A stretch of DNA of 32,000 nucleotides from Aliivibrio fischeri ES114 (GTDB taxonomy: Bacteria; Pseudomonadota; Gammaproteobacteria; Enterobacterales; Vibrionaceae). The notes under the pieces are model-generated. The model was not told where the DNA came from, ran no database searches, and worked only from the letters and a program-made list of their open reading frames with translations. Location of the stretch: the NCBI RefSeq assembly GCF_000011805.1, contig NC_006841.2. One strand, written 5' to 3'. The stretch's first letter is position 1; each line of letters opens with the position of its first letter. The translations under genes were made by a program, and so were the position numbers. Positions 11,056 to 22,574 of the stretch are shown here, one piece after another.

Positions 11056-12393
11056 ATGAGTGAGTTTTCTAATGCTGTTACAGACCAAACTGTTGATGAA
11101 CTGGTTGGTTGGGTAAAACAGCACGATTTCTCATTGAATTTGCCAACTGAGCGTTTGGCATTTTTGTTGGCCATTGCTGTTCTCAGTAATGAAAGATTTG
11201 ATGATGAGCTAGGTGAAGGCGAACTTCACGATGCGTTTGGAATCATCAGTGGGTTATTTGGACAATCCAGTGACACCATTGCTTTTCGTGCGAACAATGC
11301 AATCAATGAATTAGTAAAACAACGTTTAATTAGCCGCTTTAGTGGTGAAAGTACTGATGGAATGAACATCTATCGTCTTACGCCATTAGCTATCGGGATC
11401 ACTGATTATTATGTGCGCCACCGTCAATTCTCTAAATTGAAGCTTTCTATTCAATTGGCGATGGTTGCAGAAGAGATCCAAAAAGCATCAGAAGCGGCGG
11501 AAAAGGGCGGTGAAGCAAAACACTGGCGTAAAAACGTTTATGGTGTTCTGAAATACTCTGTTGGTGAGATCTTTGATCGTATTGATTTAAACCAACGTGT
11601 GATGGATGAACAGCAACAATCAGTAAAAGAAGAAATTGCGGAGCTGTTAAACCAAAATTGGCGTGAAGCGATTTCTAGCTGTGAAAAATTGCTTGATGAA
11701 ACATCAGGTAATTTACGTGAGCTGCAAGATTCATTGCAGGCTGCGGGCGATCAGCTGCAAACAGAATTGTTGAATATTCAAGAAATTGTTTACGGTAATG
11801 AAGAACTGGAGTTTATTGACGCTCTGTTGTATTCATTACAAATGAAGCTAGACCGTATTGTAAGTTGGGGTCAGCAAGCGATTGATCTTTGGATCGGTTA
11901 TGACCGACATGTTCATAAGTTTATCCGTACCGCAATTGATATGGATAAGAACCGAGCATTTAGCCAACGCTTACGTGATTCTGTTAAAGGTTACTTTGAT
12001 GCACCTTGGTTACTGACTTACGCTGATGCTGCTCGTCTTCGTGACATGCGTGATGAAGCACTAATACTGCGTGATGATGAAGTAACCGGTATTGTTCCAG
12101 ATGAAATGGAATACGAAGAATTAAGTGTGATCACAGATATTCTTGCAGAGCGTGTAGCAGAGATGCTTCAACACCATAAAGATACGGGCGAAGCAATTGA
12201 GTTAGGTACGATTCTTAAGAATTACCTATCAACATACCCACATTCTCAGCACTTTGATCTTGCCCGTCTTGTGGTAGATCAAGCGGTGCGCCTCGGTTAT
12301 TCAGAAGCCGATTTCCAAGCCGTTCAACCTGATTGGCAGTCTATTAACGAATTCGGTGCGAAGGTACAAGCAAATGTCATTGACAAATATTGA
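11056..12393 (+). CDS. mukF: Chromosome partition protein MukF (kleisin)
   Basis: In-frame ATG at 11056 ([41 protein letters not shown]) within ORF 10993..12393; mukFEB synteny. Confidence 0.95.
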   Translation: MSEFSNAVTDQTVDELVGWVKQHDFSLNLPTERLAFLLAIAVLSNERFDDELGEGELHDAFGIISGLFGQSSDTIAFRANNAINELVKQRLISRFSGESTDGMNIYRLTPLAIGITDYYVRHRQFSKLKLSIQLAMVAEEIQKASEAAEKGGEAKHWRKNVYGVLKYSVGEIFDRIDLNQRVMDEQQQSVKEEIAELLNQNWREAISSCEKLLDETSGNLRELQDSLQAAGDQLQTELLNIQEIVYGNEELEFIDALLYSLQMKLDRIVSWGQQAIDLWIGYDRHVHKFIRTAIDMDKNRAFSQRLRDSVKGYFDAPWLLTYADAARLRDMRDEALILRDDEVTGIVPDEMEYEELSVITDILAERVAEMLQHHKDTGEAIELGTILKNYLSTYPHSQHFDLARLVVDQAVRLGYSEADFQAVQPDWQSINEFGAKVQANVIDKY

Positions 12394-13111
12394 AGAATTT
12401 ATGCCTGAGAAGTTAGCAAAAGCGATTGCTAATCCATTATTCCCAGAGCTAGACAGTTTATTACGTTCTGGTCGTCATGTTGCCAGTGAAGATTTAGATA
12501 ATCACGCATTGTTATGTGAGTTTGAACATGAGCTAGGCCTGTTTTACCAACGTTATAACGCTGAACTGGTAAAGGCTCCAGAGGGCTTTTTCTATCTGCG
12601 TCCACGTTCAACGTCATTCATTGCACGTAGCGTTTTAGCTGAAATTGATATGCTTGTTGGTAAAGTATTGTGTTTCTTATACCTAAGTCCTGAGCGTTTG
12701 GCTCACGAAGGTATCTTTACTAATCAAGAGTTATTCGATGAGCTATTGGTATTAGCTGATGAACAAAAGCTAATGAAGCTAGTAACAAATCGTGCTTCTG
12801 GTTCTGACTTAGATAAAGAAAAGCTGTTTGATAAAGTAAGAACCTCTCTTCGTCGTTTAAAGCGTCTAGGAATGATTATCCCTGTTGGTGAACAAGGTAA
12901 ATTCCGTATTAGTGAAGCGGTTTTCCGTTTCGGTGCAGATGTACGTACAAGCGATGACATGAAAGAAGCGCAATTACGCTTAATCCGTGATGGTGAGGCG
13001 GTGGTTGTTCATCAAGAAGAAGCGAGTCAATCTAGCTTAGATCTTGATGCAGATAGCAATGAAAAACCGGCTGAAGAGCAACATGAATTAGAATTGGAAG
13101 GTGATCTATGA
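12374..13111 (+). CDS. mukE: Chromosome partition protein MukE
   Basis: ATG at 12374 ([35 protein letters not shown]) within ORF 12356..13111. Confidence 0.95.
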   Translation: MSLTNIEEFMPEKLAKAIANPLFPELDSLLRSGRHVASEDLDNHALLCEFEHELGLFYQRYNAELVKAPEGFFYLRPRSTSFIARSVLAEIDMLVGKVLCFLYLSPERLAHEGIFTNQELFDELLVLADEQKLMKLVTNRASGSDLDKEKLFDKVRTSLRRLKRLGMIIPVGEQGKFRISEAVFRFGADVRTSDDMKEAQLRLIRDGEAVVVHQEEASQSSLDLDADSNEKPAEEQHELELEGDL

Positions 13112-16100
13112 GTATGATTGAACGTGGTAAATATCAATCACTCACCATGGTTAACTGGAACGGCTTTTTTGCCCGTACTTTTGACATTGATAATCTAGTA
13201 ACCACACTTTCTGGTGGTAACGGTGCTGGTAAGTCGACCACAATGGCGGCGTTTATTACTACGCTTATTCCTGACCAGTCACTACTGCATTTTCGTAACA
13301 CAACAGAAGCGGGCAGCTCTCAAGCTTCTCGTGACAAAGGTCTGCACGGTAAATTAAAACCGGGTGCATGTTATGCAGCCCTAGATATTGTTAACTCTCG
13401 TAAGCAACGTGTACTTTTTGCAGTTAAATTACAGCAAGTAGCAGGTCGTGATAAGAAAGTTGATATCAAACCATTCATCGTTGTTGGTTTACCAAGTCAT
13501 GTAAAACCAACAGACTTAATGATTGAATCGCTTTCTGAAAATCAAGCTCGTGTTCGTCAAATCAATGACGTAAAAGAGATGGTTTCACAGTACGAAGGTG
13601 TTCAATTTAAAGCGTTTAATTCTGTAACGGATTACCACGCTCAAATGTTTGATTATGGTGTATTACCGAAGAAACTTCGTAACACAAGCGATCGTTCTAA
13701 GTTCTATCGTTTAATCGAAGCCTCTTTATACGGTGGTATCTCAAGTGCAATCACTCGTTCACTACGTGATTACTTATTGCCACAAAATGGTGGTGTTAAG
13801 AAAGCCTTCCAAGATATGGAAGCAGCACTACGTGAAAACCGTATGACACTAGAAGCGATCAAGACGACTCAGTCTGATCGTGACTTATTCAAACACTTAA
13901 TCACAGAATCAACGAATTACGTTGCTTCGGATTACATGCGTCATGCGAATGACCGTCGTAAGAAAGTTGAGCAAACATTAACGCATCGTGTTGAGTTAAT
14001 GAATGCACAACGCAGCTTAGTGGATCTATCGTCTGTATTAAATAATATGCAGAGTGAATTAGAGCTTCTTACTGAATCAGAATCAGGCCTTGAGCAAGAT
14101 TACCAAGCAGCGTCAGATCATCTTCAATTAGTGCAAACGGCAGTTCGTCAACAAGAGAAGATTGAGCGTTACTCTGAAGATCTAGAAGAGTTAACTGAGC
14201 GTTTAGAAGAGCAAGTAATGGTGGTGGAAGAAGCCGCTGAGCAACTTGCAATGGCTGAAGAGCAAGCGCTATTAACAGAAGAAGAAGTTGATAGCCTTAA
14301 AACACAGCTTGCTGATTATCAACAAGCGTTGGATATGCAGCAAACTCGTGCGCTTCAATACCAACAAGCAGTTAAAGCACTTGAAAAAGCGCAACAATTA
14401 ACAGCAAATGAGTCGTTAACTCAAGATAATGCGGTTGATCTTCAAGGTGAATTAAAAGCAAAAGAAGAACTTCAAACTACCGCATTACTTGCGATTAAAC
14501 ATAAGTTGGATCTTTCTTCTGCGGCAGTTCAACAGTTTGAACGCGGCTTAGCATTAGTAACTTCAATTGCAGGTCATGTTGAGCGTAATGAAGCATCAGA
14601 TAAGGCGAAAGCCTTAATTGAGCAAGCTCGTCAGTTTAACAATATTGCAGAGCGTGCAGAACAACTTAAAGCACAATATAAAGATCTTGAGCGTGCGGTT
14701 CGACTGCAACGTCAAGCTCAAGAACTTGCGGAAGAATATGCAAAACGTTTCAATATCACGATTGATTCTGAAATGGTTCTTGAGGAAGAGCAAGCTCGTC
14801 ATGAAGAGATGCTTGAAACGGTTCAAGAACAGCAAGAAAATATCGTTGATAAACGTTCAGAGCTAAAACGCCAAGAACAGCAACATCGTTCAGAAGCACA
14901 CCGTTTAGAGTCTATTGCACCTAAATGGATTGCTGCGAATGACGCACTGCACAAACTGAATGATCAATGTGGTGTTGAACTGGAAGATAGCCAAATGGTT
15001 ATCAGCCAAATGCAAGAAACGCTAGAAAATGAGCGTGTATTATCGACAAACAAAGATCGTCTAGCTGCTCGTAAAGAAGAGTTAGAATCTGAAATTGAGC
15101 GTCTAGCAGCCCCAGGTGGTAGTGGCGATGCACGTCTTAAAGGTCTTGCTGATACACTAGGTGGTGTATTACTTTCTGAGATTTATGACGATATTACGTT
15201 AAGTGATGCGCCGTACTTCAGTTCACTTTACGGTCCAGCTCGTCACGCTATCGTTGTTTCTGATTTATCAGGTATCAAAGATAAACTGGTTGATCTTGAA
15301 GATTGTCCGGATGATCTTTACATCATCGAAGGCGATATTGACGCGTTTGATGATAGCGTATTTGATGCTGAAGAGATGGAAAATGCGGTTTGTGTTCACT
15401 TAAATGATCGTCAAATGCGTTACTCTCGCTTCCCTGAATTACCATTATTTGGTCGTGCAGCCCGTGAACAGCGTTTAGAAACATTACGTGAAGAGCGTGA
15501 GATTGCAGTTGAAGAACACGCAAAAGCGGCGTTTGATTCACAAAAATTACAGCGTCTGTACCAAAGCTTCAATGGTTTTGTATCAACACACCTTGCTGTG
15601 GCATTTGATGCGGATCCAGAAGTTGAATTAAAACAAGCTCGTGAACAACTAGCACAAGTTAGCCGTCAGTTAACAGAATTAGTTGCGACAGAGCAGCAGC
15701 ATAAATCACAAATTTCAGCGTCTAAAGAAGCGTTATCTCAACTGGCTAAGATCGCGCCTCACATCAATGTGCTTGAAGATGAAACCATCACAGAGCGTTT
15801 TGAAGAGATCAGTGCTCAAGTTGAACAAGTATCAGAAGCAGAAAGTTTCTTACGTCAAAATGGTAAAGCCATTGCAGAACTAGAAACACTACAACGTGCA
15901 TTAGAAGTAGACCCTGAGCAATTTGATGCCTTAAAAGCAGAGCATGAGCAAATTGATGCACAGTTACAAAGCTTAAAAGCACAATTATTTGCTATTTCTG
16001 ATTTAGTAGAACGTCGTCATCACTTTGGTTATGAGGATGCCGTTGCACTACTGAATAAGAGCAGCGAACTGAATGAACAACTTAAAGCGAAATTAGTACA

Positions 16101-17580
16101 AGCAGAACAAGCACGTACTAAAGCGAAAGAGCAGCAGAAACAAGCTCAATCTCAAGCAAACCAATACAACCAAGTAATGGCATCGCTTAAGAGTTCGCAT
16201 CAAGCGAAACAAGAAACGGTTCAAGAGTTTAAACGTGAACTTCAAGAACTTGGTGTTCATGCTGATCACAGCGCATTAGAGCGTGCTGAAGTTCGTAAGA
16301 GTGAGCTAAATGAGCGTCTACACAGCTCTCGTGGTCGTAAGAGTGAGCTAGAAAAAGGCATCACGTCAAATGAACTTGAGATCAAAGGCTTAGTTAAGCA
16401 ATCACGTAAAGTTGAAAAACTGTACAAAGACTTACGTACTTTTGTTGTTAATGCAAAAGCGGGCTGGTGTTCAGTTCTACGTTTAGCTCGTGAGAACGAT
16501 GTAGAACGTCGTCTACATAAACGTGAACTTGCGTACTTAAGTGCGGAAGAATTACGCTCAATGTCGGACAAATCATTAGGTGCGCTTCGTCTAGCTGTTG
16601 CAGATAACGAAGACCTACGTGATTCACTACGTGCTTCTGAAGACACAAGTAAGCCAGAGCGTAAAGTTCTGTTCTACATTGCTGTATACCAACATCTTCG
16701 TGAGCGTATTCGTCAAGATATCATCCACACTGATGATCCAGTTGAAGCAATTGAAGAGATGGAAACTGAGCTTGGTCGTCTGACTGAAGAGCTGACATCT
16801 CGTGAAAACCGTTTAGCACTAAGCTCTGAAAGTGTTGCGAACATTATTCGTAAGACTATTCAGCGTGAGCAAAACCGTATTCGTATGTTGAACCAAGGTT
16901 TATCACAAATTGGTTTTGGTCAAGTAACGGGCGTTCGTCTAAACGTAGGTATTCGTGAAACTCACGCAACACTACTAGCGGGTCTGTCTGAGCATCAAGC
17001 ACAACACCAAGATCTATTTGGTAATGCTCGTTTAACTTTCTCTGAAGCGATTGCAAAATTGTTCCAACGTATTAACCCGCATATCGATGTTGGTCAACGT
17101 TCACCACAAACCTTAGGTGAAGAGTTACTGGATTACCGTAACTACCTTGAACTAAACATTGAAGTAAACCGTGGTGCAGATGGTTGGCTACAAGCAGAGT
17201 CAGGCGCTCTATCAACAGGTGAAGCGATTGGTACTGGTCAAGCGATCCTACTAATGGTTATTCAAAGCTGGGAAGAAGAGTCTCGTCGTCTTCGTAGTAA
17301 AGATATTATGCCTTGTCGTCTATTATTCTTGGATGAAGCGGCGCGTCTAGATGGTAAGTCTATCGCTACGCTATTTGAATTGTGTGACCGTTTGGACATG
17401 CAACTTCTTATCGCGGCACCAGAAAACATCAGTCCAGAGAAGGGGACAACCTACAAACTGGTTCGTAAGATCTTTAAAGATCGCGAGCACGTTCATGTGG
17501 TTGGTCTTAAAGGTTTTGGACAAGAGTTAGCAGCAAGCCGTACTCAACAAACGCTAGAAGAAGCAGAGATAGCAGAATAA
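13108..17580 (+). CDS. mukB: Chromosome partition protein MukB (SMC-like)
   Basis: 1490 aa; N-terminal Walker A '[16 protein letters not shown]', long coiled coils, hinge, C-terminal '[16 protein letters not shown]...[13 protein letters not shown]'. Confidence 0.97.
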   Translation: MSMIERGKYQSLTMVNWNGFFARTFDIDNLVTTLSGGNGAGKSTTMAAFITTLIPDQSLLHFRNTTEAGSSQASRDKGLHGKLKPGACYAALDIVNSRKQRVLFAVKLQQVAGRDKKVDIKPFIVVGLPSHVKPTDLMIESLSENQARVRQINDVKEMVSQYEGVQFKAFNSVTDYHAQMFDYGVLPKKLRNTSDRSKFYRLIEASLYGGISSAITRSLRDYLLPQNGGVKKAFQDMEAALRENRMTLEAIKTTQSDRDLFKHLITESTNYVASDYMRHANDRRKKVEQTLTHRVELMNAQRSLVDLSSVLNNMQSELELLTESESGLEQDYQAASDHLQLVQTAVRQQEKIERYSEDLEELTERLEEQVMVVEEAAEQLAMAEEQALLTEEEVDSLKTQLADYQQALDMQQTRALQYQQAVKALEKAQQLTANESLTQDNAVDLQGELKAKEELQTTALLAIKHKLDLSSAAVQQFERGLALVTSIAGHVERNEASDKAKALIEQARQFNNIAERAEQLKAQYKDLERAVRLQRQAQELAEEYAKRFNITIDSEMVLEEEQARHEEMLETVQEQQENIVDKRSELKRQEQQHRSEAHRLESIAPKWIAANDALHKLNDQCGVELEDSQMVISQMQETLENERVLSTNKDRLAARKEELESEIERLAAPGGSGDARLKGLADTLGGVLLSEIYDDITLSDAPYFSSLYGPARHAIVVSDLSGIKDKLVDLEDCPDDLYIIEGDIDAFDDSVFDAEEMENAVCVHLNDRQMRYSRFPELPLFGRAAREQRLETLREEREIAVEEHAKAAFDSQKLQRLYQSFNGFVSTHLAVAFDADPEVELKQAREQLAQVSRQLTELVATEQQHKSQISASKEALSQLAKIAPHINVLEDETITERFEEISAQVEQVSEAESFLRQNGKAIAELETLQRALEVDPEQFDALKAEHEQIDAQLQSLKAQLFAISDLVERRHHFGYEDAVALLNKSSELNEQLKAKLVQAEQARTKAKEQQKQAQSQANQYNQVMASLKSSHQAKQETVQEFKRELQELGVHADHSALERAEVRKSELNERLHSSRGRKSELEKGITSNELEIKGLVKQSRKVEKLYKDLRTFVVNAKAGWCSVLRLARENDVERRLHKRELAYLSAEELRSMSDKSLGALRLAVADNEDLRDSLRASEDTSKPERKVLFYIAVYQHLRERIRQDIIHTDDPVEAIEEMETELGRLTEELTSRENRLALSSESVANIIRKTIQREQNRIRMLNQGLSQIGFGQVTGVRLNVGIRETHATLLAGLSEHQAQHQDLFGNARLTFSEAIAKLFQRINPHIDVGQRSPQTLGEELLDYRNYLELNIEVNRGADGWLQAESGALSTGEAIGTGQAILLMVIQSWEEESRRLRSKDIMPCRLLFLDEAARLDGKSIATLFELCDRLDMQLLIAAPENISPEKGTTYKLVRKIFKDREHVHVVGLKGFGQELAASRTQQTLEEAEIAE

Positions 17581-17599
17581 GCGTTAAATAACGTTAATA

Positions 17600-17634
17600 A
17601 GTGAATGGCAGTCAGAAATGGCTGCCATTTTTTT
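17600..17634 (+). terminator. Terminator after mukB
   Basis: aatggcagtcagaaatggctgccatttttttt stem-loop with T tract. Confidence 0.75.
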
Positions 17635-17693
17635 TTGGAAAGATAATTGCATAGCTTCTACCGTTAACTTTAAATAATAAAAAGGATGAAAAA

Positions 17694-18311
17694 TTGACAG
17701 AAAACACAAACATAGATAACGCTAATGGTGAATTTGAAAACCCATTAGTGTGGTCATTATTTGAGGTGTTGCAAGAGTCAAAACAAGTATGGAAAGTGCA
17801 TACGTTATCAACTCATCTGATGGAGAAGGGATTACTTAATCATTTAGATGAAAATCCTGAGAAAGACTTATTTAAACGCAATTTTTTGATCATGAATGCA
17901 CTTTATCAATTGCAAAGCGAGCTGTATCCAGAGCAATGGTTACAAGTAGAATCCATGAATATTTTGTTGTTTCAAGTTTCAAAAACAACAGAAGCGGAAT
18001 GCGTTATAGATAAAACACATCCTTTGCGTGAATACTATTTAGATTGGTCAAATTACCAAGCGAATGAAGATGAAGTAAAACGATTATTAAATGAGTTTTG
18101 GAGCAGTTATCGACGTTATCTTGGTGGGAATAGTATTAAAACGATGGATCGCCACCAAGCATTAAAGTTATTTGGCTTATCAGAAAGTGCAACGTCAAAG
18201 GAAATCCGTAGGCAGTGGCGAAAACTAGGAATGAAGCACCACCCAGACAGAGAAACCGGTGATGCTAATACTTTTAGAATAATGTGTGAAGCGTGGAATA
18301 TATTGAGATAG
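17694..18311 (+). CDS. DnaJ-related protein with C-terminal J domain
   Basis: 205 aa, TTG start with 'aaaaaggatgaaaaa' SD upstream. C-terminal 'ALKLFGLSESATSKEIRRQWRKLGMKHHPDRETGD...FRIMCEAWNIL' carries the HPD motif. Confidence 0.85.
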   Translation: MTENTNIDNANGEFENPLVWSLFEVLQESKQVWKVHTLSTHLMEKGLLNHLDENPEKDLFKRNFLIMNALYQLQSELYPEQWLQVESMNILLFQVSKTTEAECVIDKTHPLREYYLDWSNYQANEDEVKRLLNEFWSSYRRYLGGNSIKTMDRHQALKLFGLSESATSKEIRRQWRKLGMKHHPDRETGDANTFRIMCEAWNILR

Positions 18312-18317
18312 AGGTTG

Positions 18318-19679
18318 TTATAACTCAGGTTCTAATTTTTCTTGGAACAGCAATCGAGCTCTTAATCCTGGATAATTATCACTTAAACTGATCTGTCCAT
18401 CGTGTAGTTTCATGACCGTATTAACTAATGCGAGTCCTAAACCAAAACCATGTTGAGTGCGACTCGGGTCTAATCTAACTAATTGACCTAAGGCGCGCTC
18501 TCTATCTTCCGGTTTTATGCCTCTACCATTATCAGCAACCACCACACCAAAACAATCGACAATAACTTCGATAACGCCACCTTCATGAGTGTACTTAATG
18601 GCGTTATCAATAATGTTGAATACGGCACGGAAAATAAGGCTAGGGTTAGCGTAAAGTAAACAAGGCATTTCTTCTGTGAAATGAAGAGTTTGTTTTTTAT
18701 CCGCTACTGTAGGCTCTGCAAATTCAATGGCATCACGTACAATTTTACTTAAATCGCACATTTCTTTATTGATAGGAGTGCCTCCATTTTCAAGATGATA
18801 TAGCTCCATCATGCCATTGAAGGTTTCAAGTAATAAAGAAAAGTCAGACTGTATATTATCTAATTGTTCGGTGTGTTGTTGAGAAAGAGACTCGTCATAG
18901 AGCAGATCTTCTATTCTTAATTTAATTCGCCCCATAGGGGTTCTGAGATCATGAGCAATATCGACAGTTAATGATTTTAACTTAGACTCACTTTGCTCCA
19001 TTTGTTCAAGCATCGAATTTAAATGAAGAGCCAATAAATCGAATTCGTTCATATCAGGACCGACTTTTAACCGTACATTACGCTCACCAAGCATCACTCG
19101 ATTCATTGTTGCATTAACGAGGTTAAGGCGCTTTAGAATGTAGACAGCAATGAGAATTGCGATTAAACACAGGGCAATAAAAGGAAAGAACGTTCCCCAA
19201 ATTACCGATGAATCTAATTGCTTCTTAAAACTCTGATAGCGATTTTGGTCAATACCAACGACAAGTTCCGAACCATCAGGTAGATTTATTTTAGTTGCCC
19301 GCATATCAGGAAGGTCAGTATTTGTAGAAGATTGTTTTATTTGTGCAATAACAGGATAAGCCGTTGCTGCAGTATTCGTTGGTGTTGGCGATGCATGATG
19401 AACGAATTGATAAATGTATCGGCTATCACCTTGAGTATTATTAATATTTTGTTGAATGGCATCGACACCCTCTGTATCGACAATCGCTTGTAGTTGCGCC
19501 GTTTCAGCTCTAAGCCATTCATCAAGGTTGTGGTTATACAGTTGAACAGAAGTTGAATAGAGTTGGTAAATAATCAACCCCATAACTAAAAATAACCCGA
19601 TAGCAAACCATATTAATAATTTTAAAATGGAGGAACGGTAAAGCTCATCACGTTGTTCTAAGAACATAACCAGCTCCAC
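18318..19679 (-). CDS. Two-component sensor histidine kinase (HAMP, HisKA, HATPase)
   Basis: 453 aa: two TMs flanking a periplasmic domain, 'DIAHDLRTPMGRIKLRIEDLL', 'NIIDNAIKYT', 'VVVADNGRGI', 'FGLGLALV'. Confidence 0.93.
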   Translation of the reverse strand: MELVMFLEQRDELYRSSILKLLIWFAIGLFLVMGLIIYQLYSTSVQLYNHNLDEWLRAETAQLQAIVDTEGVDAIQQNINNTQGDSRYIYQFVHHASPTPTNTAATAYPVIAQIKQSSTNTDLPDMRATKINLPDGSELVVGIDQNRYQSFKKQLDSSVIWGTFFPFIALCLIAILIAVYILKRLNLVNATMNRVMLGERNVRLKVGPDMNEFDLLALHLNSMLEQMEQSESKLKSLTVDIAHDLRTPMGRIKLRIEDLLYDESLSQQHTEQLDNIQSDFSLLLETFNGMMELYHLENGGTPINKEMCDLSKIVRDAIEFAEPTVADKKQTLHFTEEMPCLLYANPSLIFRAVFNIIDNAIKYTHEGGVIEVIVDCFGVVVADNGRGIKPEDRERALGQLVRLDPSRTQHGFGLGLALVNTVMKLHDGQISLSDNYPGLRARLLFQEKLEPEL

Positions 19680-20325
19680 GTACGGTTTCGATGAGATCCA
19701 CAGCTCCAGAGTTATCTAATTTTTTGCGTAACTTAGCAATATGAACATCAATAACATTGGTTTTTGGATCAAAGTGATAATCCCATGCAGCTTCAAATAA
19801 TCGCATTCGAGAAACCACTTCATCAGCATTTTCCGCAAGATAACGTAATAAAATAAATTCTTTATTTTGTAATGGAACAATGTTGTCATTGATCGTGACT
19901 TTTTGCGAACGTAAATTGATGTTTAAATTCTTAATTTTCAGTTCGTTAGAAGCACTTTCAATCGGTCTATTTCGACGTAATATGATATTGATACGAGCTA
20001 ATAGCTCAGCTAAAGCAAAAGGTTTGGTTAGGTAATCGTCACTACCTGCAGTAAGTCCTTCAACCCTTTGATCGACGCTATCTAATGCACTAAGAATAAG
20101 CACAGGGGTATTATTTCCTGTAGCACGAATTGCTGATAGGATTTTTAACCCATCAAGATTAGGTAGCATGCGGTCAAGAATGATTAATTGATAATCACAA
20201 CTTATCGCCATCATTAAACCTTCTTTGCCATCATCAGAACTATCAACAATGAAGCCTTCTTGTTCTAGCGCTTTAGTCACAAAATCTCGAGTTGTTTGGT
20301 CGTCTTCAATAACCAATATTTTCAT
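19648..20325 (-). CDS. OmpR/PhoB-family response regulator
   Basis: 225 aa: 'ILVIEDD...LIILDRMLP...LTKPFALAELLARI' plus winged-helix 'VIDVHIAKLRKKLD...IETVRGAGYVL'. Overlaps the kinase gene. Confidence 0.94.
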   Translation of the reverse strand: MKILVIEDDQTTRDFVTKALEQEGFIVDSSDDGKEGLMMAISCDYQLIILDRMLPNLDGLKILSAIRATGNNTPVLILSALDSVDQRVEGLTAGSDDYLTKPFALAELLARINIILRRNRPIESASNELKIKNLNINLRSQKVTINDNIVPLQNKEFILLRYLAENADEVVSRMRLFEAAWDYHFDPKTNVIDVHIAKLRKKLDNSGAVDLIETVRGAGYVLRTT

Positions 20326-20565
20326 AACTTACTCTCTTATTTAGAGATTTTATTATAACAAGAAAAAAGTGTTGATTCACAATTATAGAAAAAACTAAGT
20401 AATGACTCTCAATTCTAAGGACTAGAAATAATACGATTTTCAATTTTTGCGTAAATTTAAGCAAAAATGAACATTTAACTCTAGTGCGATATTAATCGAT
20501 TGTTTATAAAACCTACGGCTATTGAGTAAGTTAAAAATAATCTTATATCGTGGTGGAGAAATAAT

Positions 20566-20967
20566 ATGAGTAATTATTTTGACGATTTTCCTGAAGAGAA
20601 TCCGAAAAATGGGGTAGGGAAACAATTCAATTTTGAATTAGCGCAGTATTTTCGTGAACAACAAGAATCTAGTGATGAAGCGACATCAGAAATAATAACA
20701 CTAGAAGAAGCGAGCAAGGCGTTAATTGAGCAAGAAGAACGTGAGCAAAGAGAATTAAAGCTCGAGTTTTTATCAAGAATTGAAGAATGTCCACACTGTA
20801 ATGAGACAGAATTAAATATCTACCATTTTACGAGAGAATTATTTAGGTATGAATGCCAATGCTGTGGGATTTATGGCAATGGAATAAATGAAGCTGAAGC
20901 GTATCAAGCTATGTTATTGGCTATTGAAGAGGGCTTTGATTGGCGGAAACATCAGGTTGCATTGTAA
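20566..20967 (+). CDS. Conserved hypothetical protein with putative CxxC zinc-ribbon motif
   Basis: ORF of 133 aa with 'ECPHCNETELNIYHFTRELFRYECQCCGIYGNG'. 'gtggtggagaa' upstream. Confidence 0.65.
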   Translation: MSNYFDDFPEENPKNGVGKQFNFELAQYFREQQESSDEATSEIITLEEASKALIEQEEREQRELKLEFLSRIEECPHCNETELNIYHFTRELFRYECQCCGIYGNGINEAEAYQAMLLAIEEGFDWRKHQVAL

Positions 20968-20972
20968 AGATA

Positions 20973-21004
20973 AAGAGCCTTAACGGGGGAACATTAAGGC
21001 TCTG
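20973..21004. terminator. Bidirectional terminator between the hypothetical ORF and the PTS gene
   Basis: agagccttaa-cgggggaaca-ttaaggctct inverted repeat. Confidence 0.75.
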
Positions 21005-21041
21005 AGTTTACAACATAATATCTGGTACGAATATTATGAAG

Positions 21042-22499
21042 TTAAGCGTTCAAAATTGCTTTCATTTCTGCTGCAACTTTGTCTACTTTTCCTAAGCCAA
21101 TAATGACTTGTAAACCACCTTTACCCATTGGAACAACGCCTGCTGCACCAAGAGCTTTTAATTTTGCACTGTCAGCAAGGGCTGAGTCTTTTACCGTTAA
21201 ACGTAAACGAGTAATACAGTTATCTACTTCAACAATATTATCTGCACCACCAATCGCTTCGATATACGCTTTTGTTACTTCTGTGATGTTTTCTTCTTGC
21301 TCATCTTTATTCATGTCTTCGCCACGGCCAGGAGTTAAGAAGTTGAATTTCTTAATCGCAAATCTAAAGATAGTGTAGTAAAGAACAAAGAATACAAGAC
21401 CTTGTGGGATCAACATGTACCATTTTACAGCTAGTGGGTTTTGACTTGAAAGAACAAAGTCAACAAGACCTGCAGAGAAACCAAAACCTGCCATCCATTC
21501 CATGCTTGCTGCAATGAATAGAGATAGGCCTGTTAAGATTGCATGAATTAGGTATAACCATGGAGCAAGGAACATGAAGCTAAACTCTAGAGGTTCAGTG
21601 ATACCTGTAAAGAATGAAGCCATTGCAGCTGCAAGCATGATAGAGAATACCGCAGCTTTGTTACGTTTTTCAGCACAGTGGTAAATAGCAAGTGCAGCGC
21701 CTGGAAGACCAAACATCATTATAGGGAAGAAACCAGCTTGGTACATACCTGTTTGGCCTGGAATACCAGTACCATTAGCAATAGACTGTGCGCCACCTAA
21801 GAAGTTTGGAATATCGTTAATACCAACAACATCAAACCAGAATACAGGGTAAAGTGCATGGTGCATACCAACAGTTAGCATTAAGCGGTTAAAGAAACCA
21901 AATAGGCCAGCGCCAACAGCTCCCATTGATTGAAGTTGTGTACCAAAAGCGATCAATGCATCAAAAATAGCAGGCCATACGTACAGAAGAACGAATGATA
22001 AAGCCATACCTGCAATTGAAGTAAGGATCGGAACCAGACGTTTACCACTGAAGAAAGCTAATGCTTTAGGTAATTCAACCGTTGAGTATTTGTTGTAAAT
22101 TTCAGCTGAAATAATACCAACGATAATACCAACAAATTGGTTATTGATTTTACCAAATGCAGCAGGAACTTGATCCAAAGGAATGTTTTCAAGCTGAGCC
22201 ACTACCGCAGGAGAAAGAAGGGTGGTAACCACAGTGAAAGAGATGAAACCAGCTAATGCTGCAGAACCGTTTTTATCTTTACTTAAACCAAATGCCACAC
22301 CAATAGCAAAAAGCATTGGCATTACATCAATAATGGCACCACCTGATTTGATTAAGAAAGCAGCAAAAACACTGTTTGCACCCCAACCAGTCGGATCCAT
22401 CCAGTAACCAACACCCATTAATATTGCCGCAGCAGGAAGCGTAGCGACGGGAACCATCAGCGCTTTACCGACTTTTTGCATGTAACCTAATACACTCAT
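21042..22499 (-). CDS. PTS EIIBC permease, glucose/N-acetylglucosamine family (substrate not assigned)
   Basis: 485 aa; EIIC 'FFPIMMFGLPGAALAIYHCAEK', 'GITEPLEFSFMFLAPWLYLIHA'; C-terminal EIIB 'VDNCITRLRLTVKD'. Confidence 0.9.
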   Translation of the reverse strand: MSVLGYMQKVGKALMVPVATLPAAAILMGVGYWMDPTGWGANSVFAAFLIKSGGAIIDVMPMLFAIGVAFGLSKDKNGSAALAGFISFTVVTTLLSPAVVAQLENIPLDQVPAAFGKINNQFVGIIVGIISAEIYNKYSTVELPKALAFFSGKRLVPILTSIAGMALSFVLLYVWPAIFDALIAFGTQLQSMGAVGAGLFGFFNRLMLTVGMHHALYPVFWFDVVGINDIPNFLGGAQSIANGTGIPGQTGMYQAGFFPIMMFGLPGAALAIYHCAEKRNKAAVFSIMLAAAMASFFTGITEPLEFSFMFLAPWLYLIHAILTGLSLFIAASMEWMAGFGFSAGLVDFVLSSQNPLAVKWYMLIPQGLVFFVLYYTIFRFAIKKFNFLTPGRGEDMNKDEQEENITEVTKAYIEAIGGADNIVEVDNCITRLRLTVKDSALADSAKLKALGAAGVVPMGKGGLQVIIGLGKVDKVAAEMKAILNA

Positions 22500-22574
22500 A
22501 TCGTATTCCTCAAAATTAATCTGTTATTTTTTAAACTAAGAGAAGAATACAAAAGGGTGGATTAACAAAAGATT

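Noticed and set aside
13108-17580. Several 60-127 aa antisense or alternate-frame ORFs inside mukB (e.g. 14069, 14614, 14618, 15323, 16266)
   Set aside because: Composition-driven shadow ORFs in a long well-supported coding region, with no own ribosome-binding site or family motif.
18318-20325. Considered naming the two-component pair cusRS because a copper locus is in the window
   Set aside because: It is separated by four unrelated genes, and the copper locus has its own CueR-type promoter. No specific evidence for metal sensing.
21079-22407. Plus-strand ORFs 21079..21378 and 22222..22407 opposite the PTS gene
   Set aside because: Antisense to a clear EIIBC gene, no family signal.
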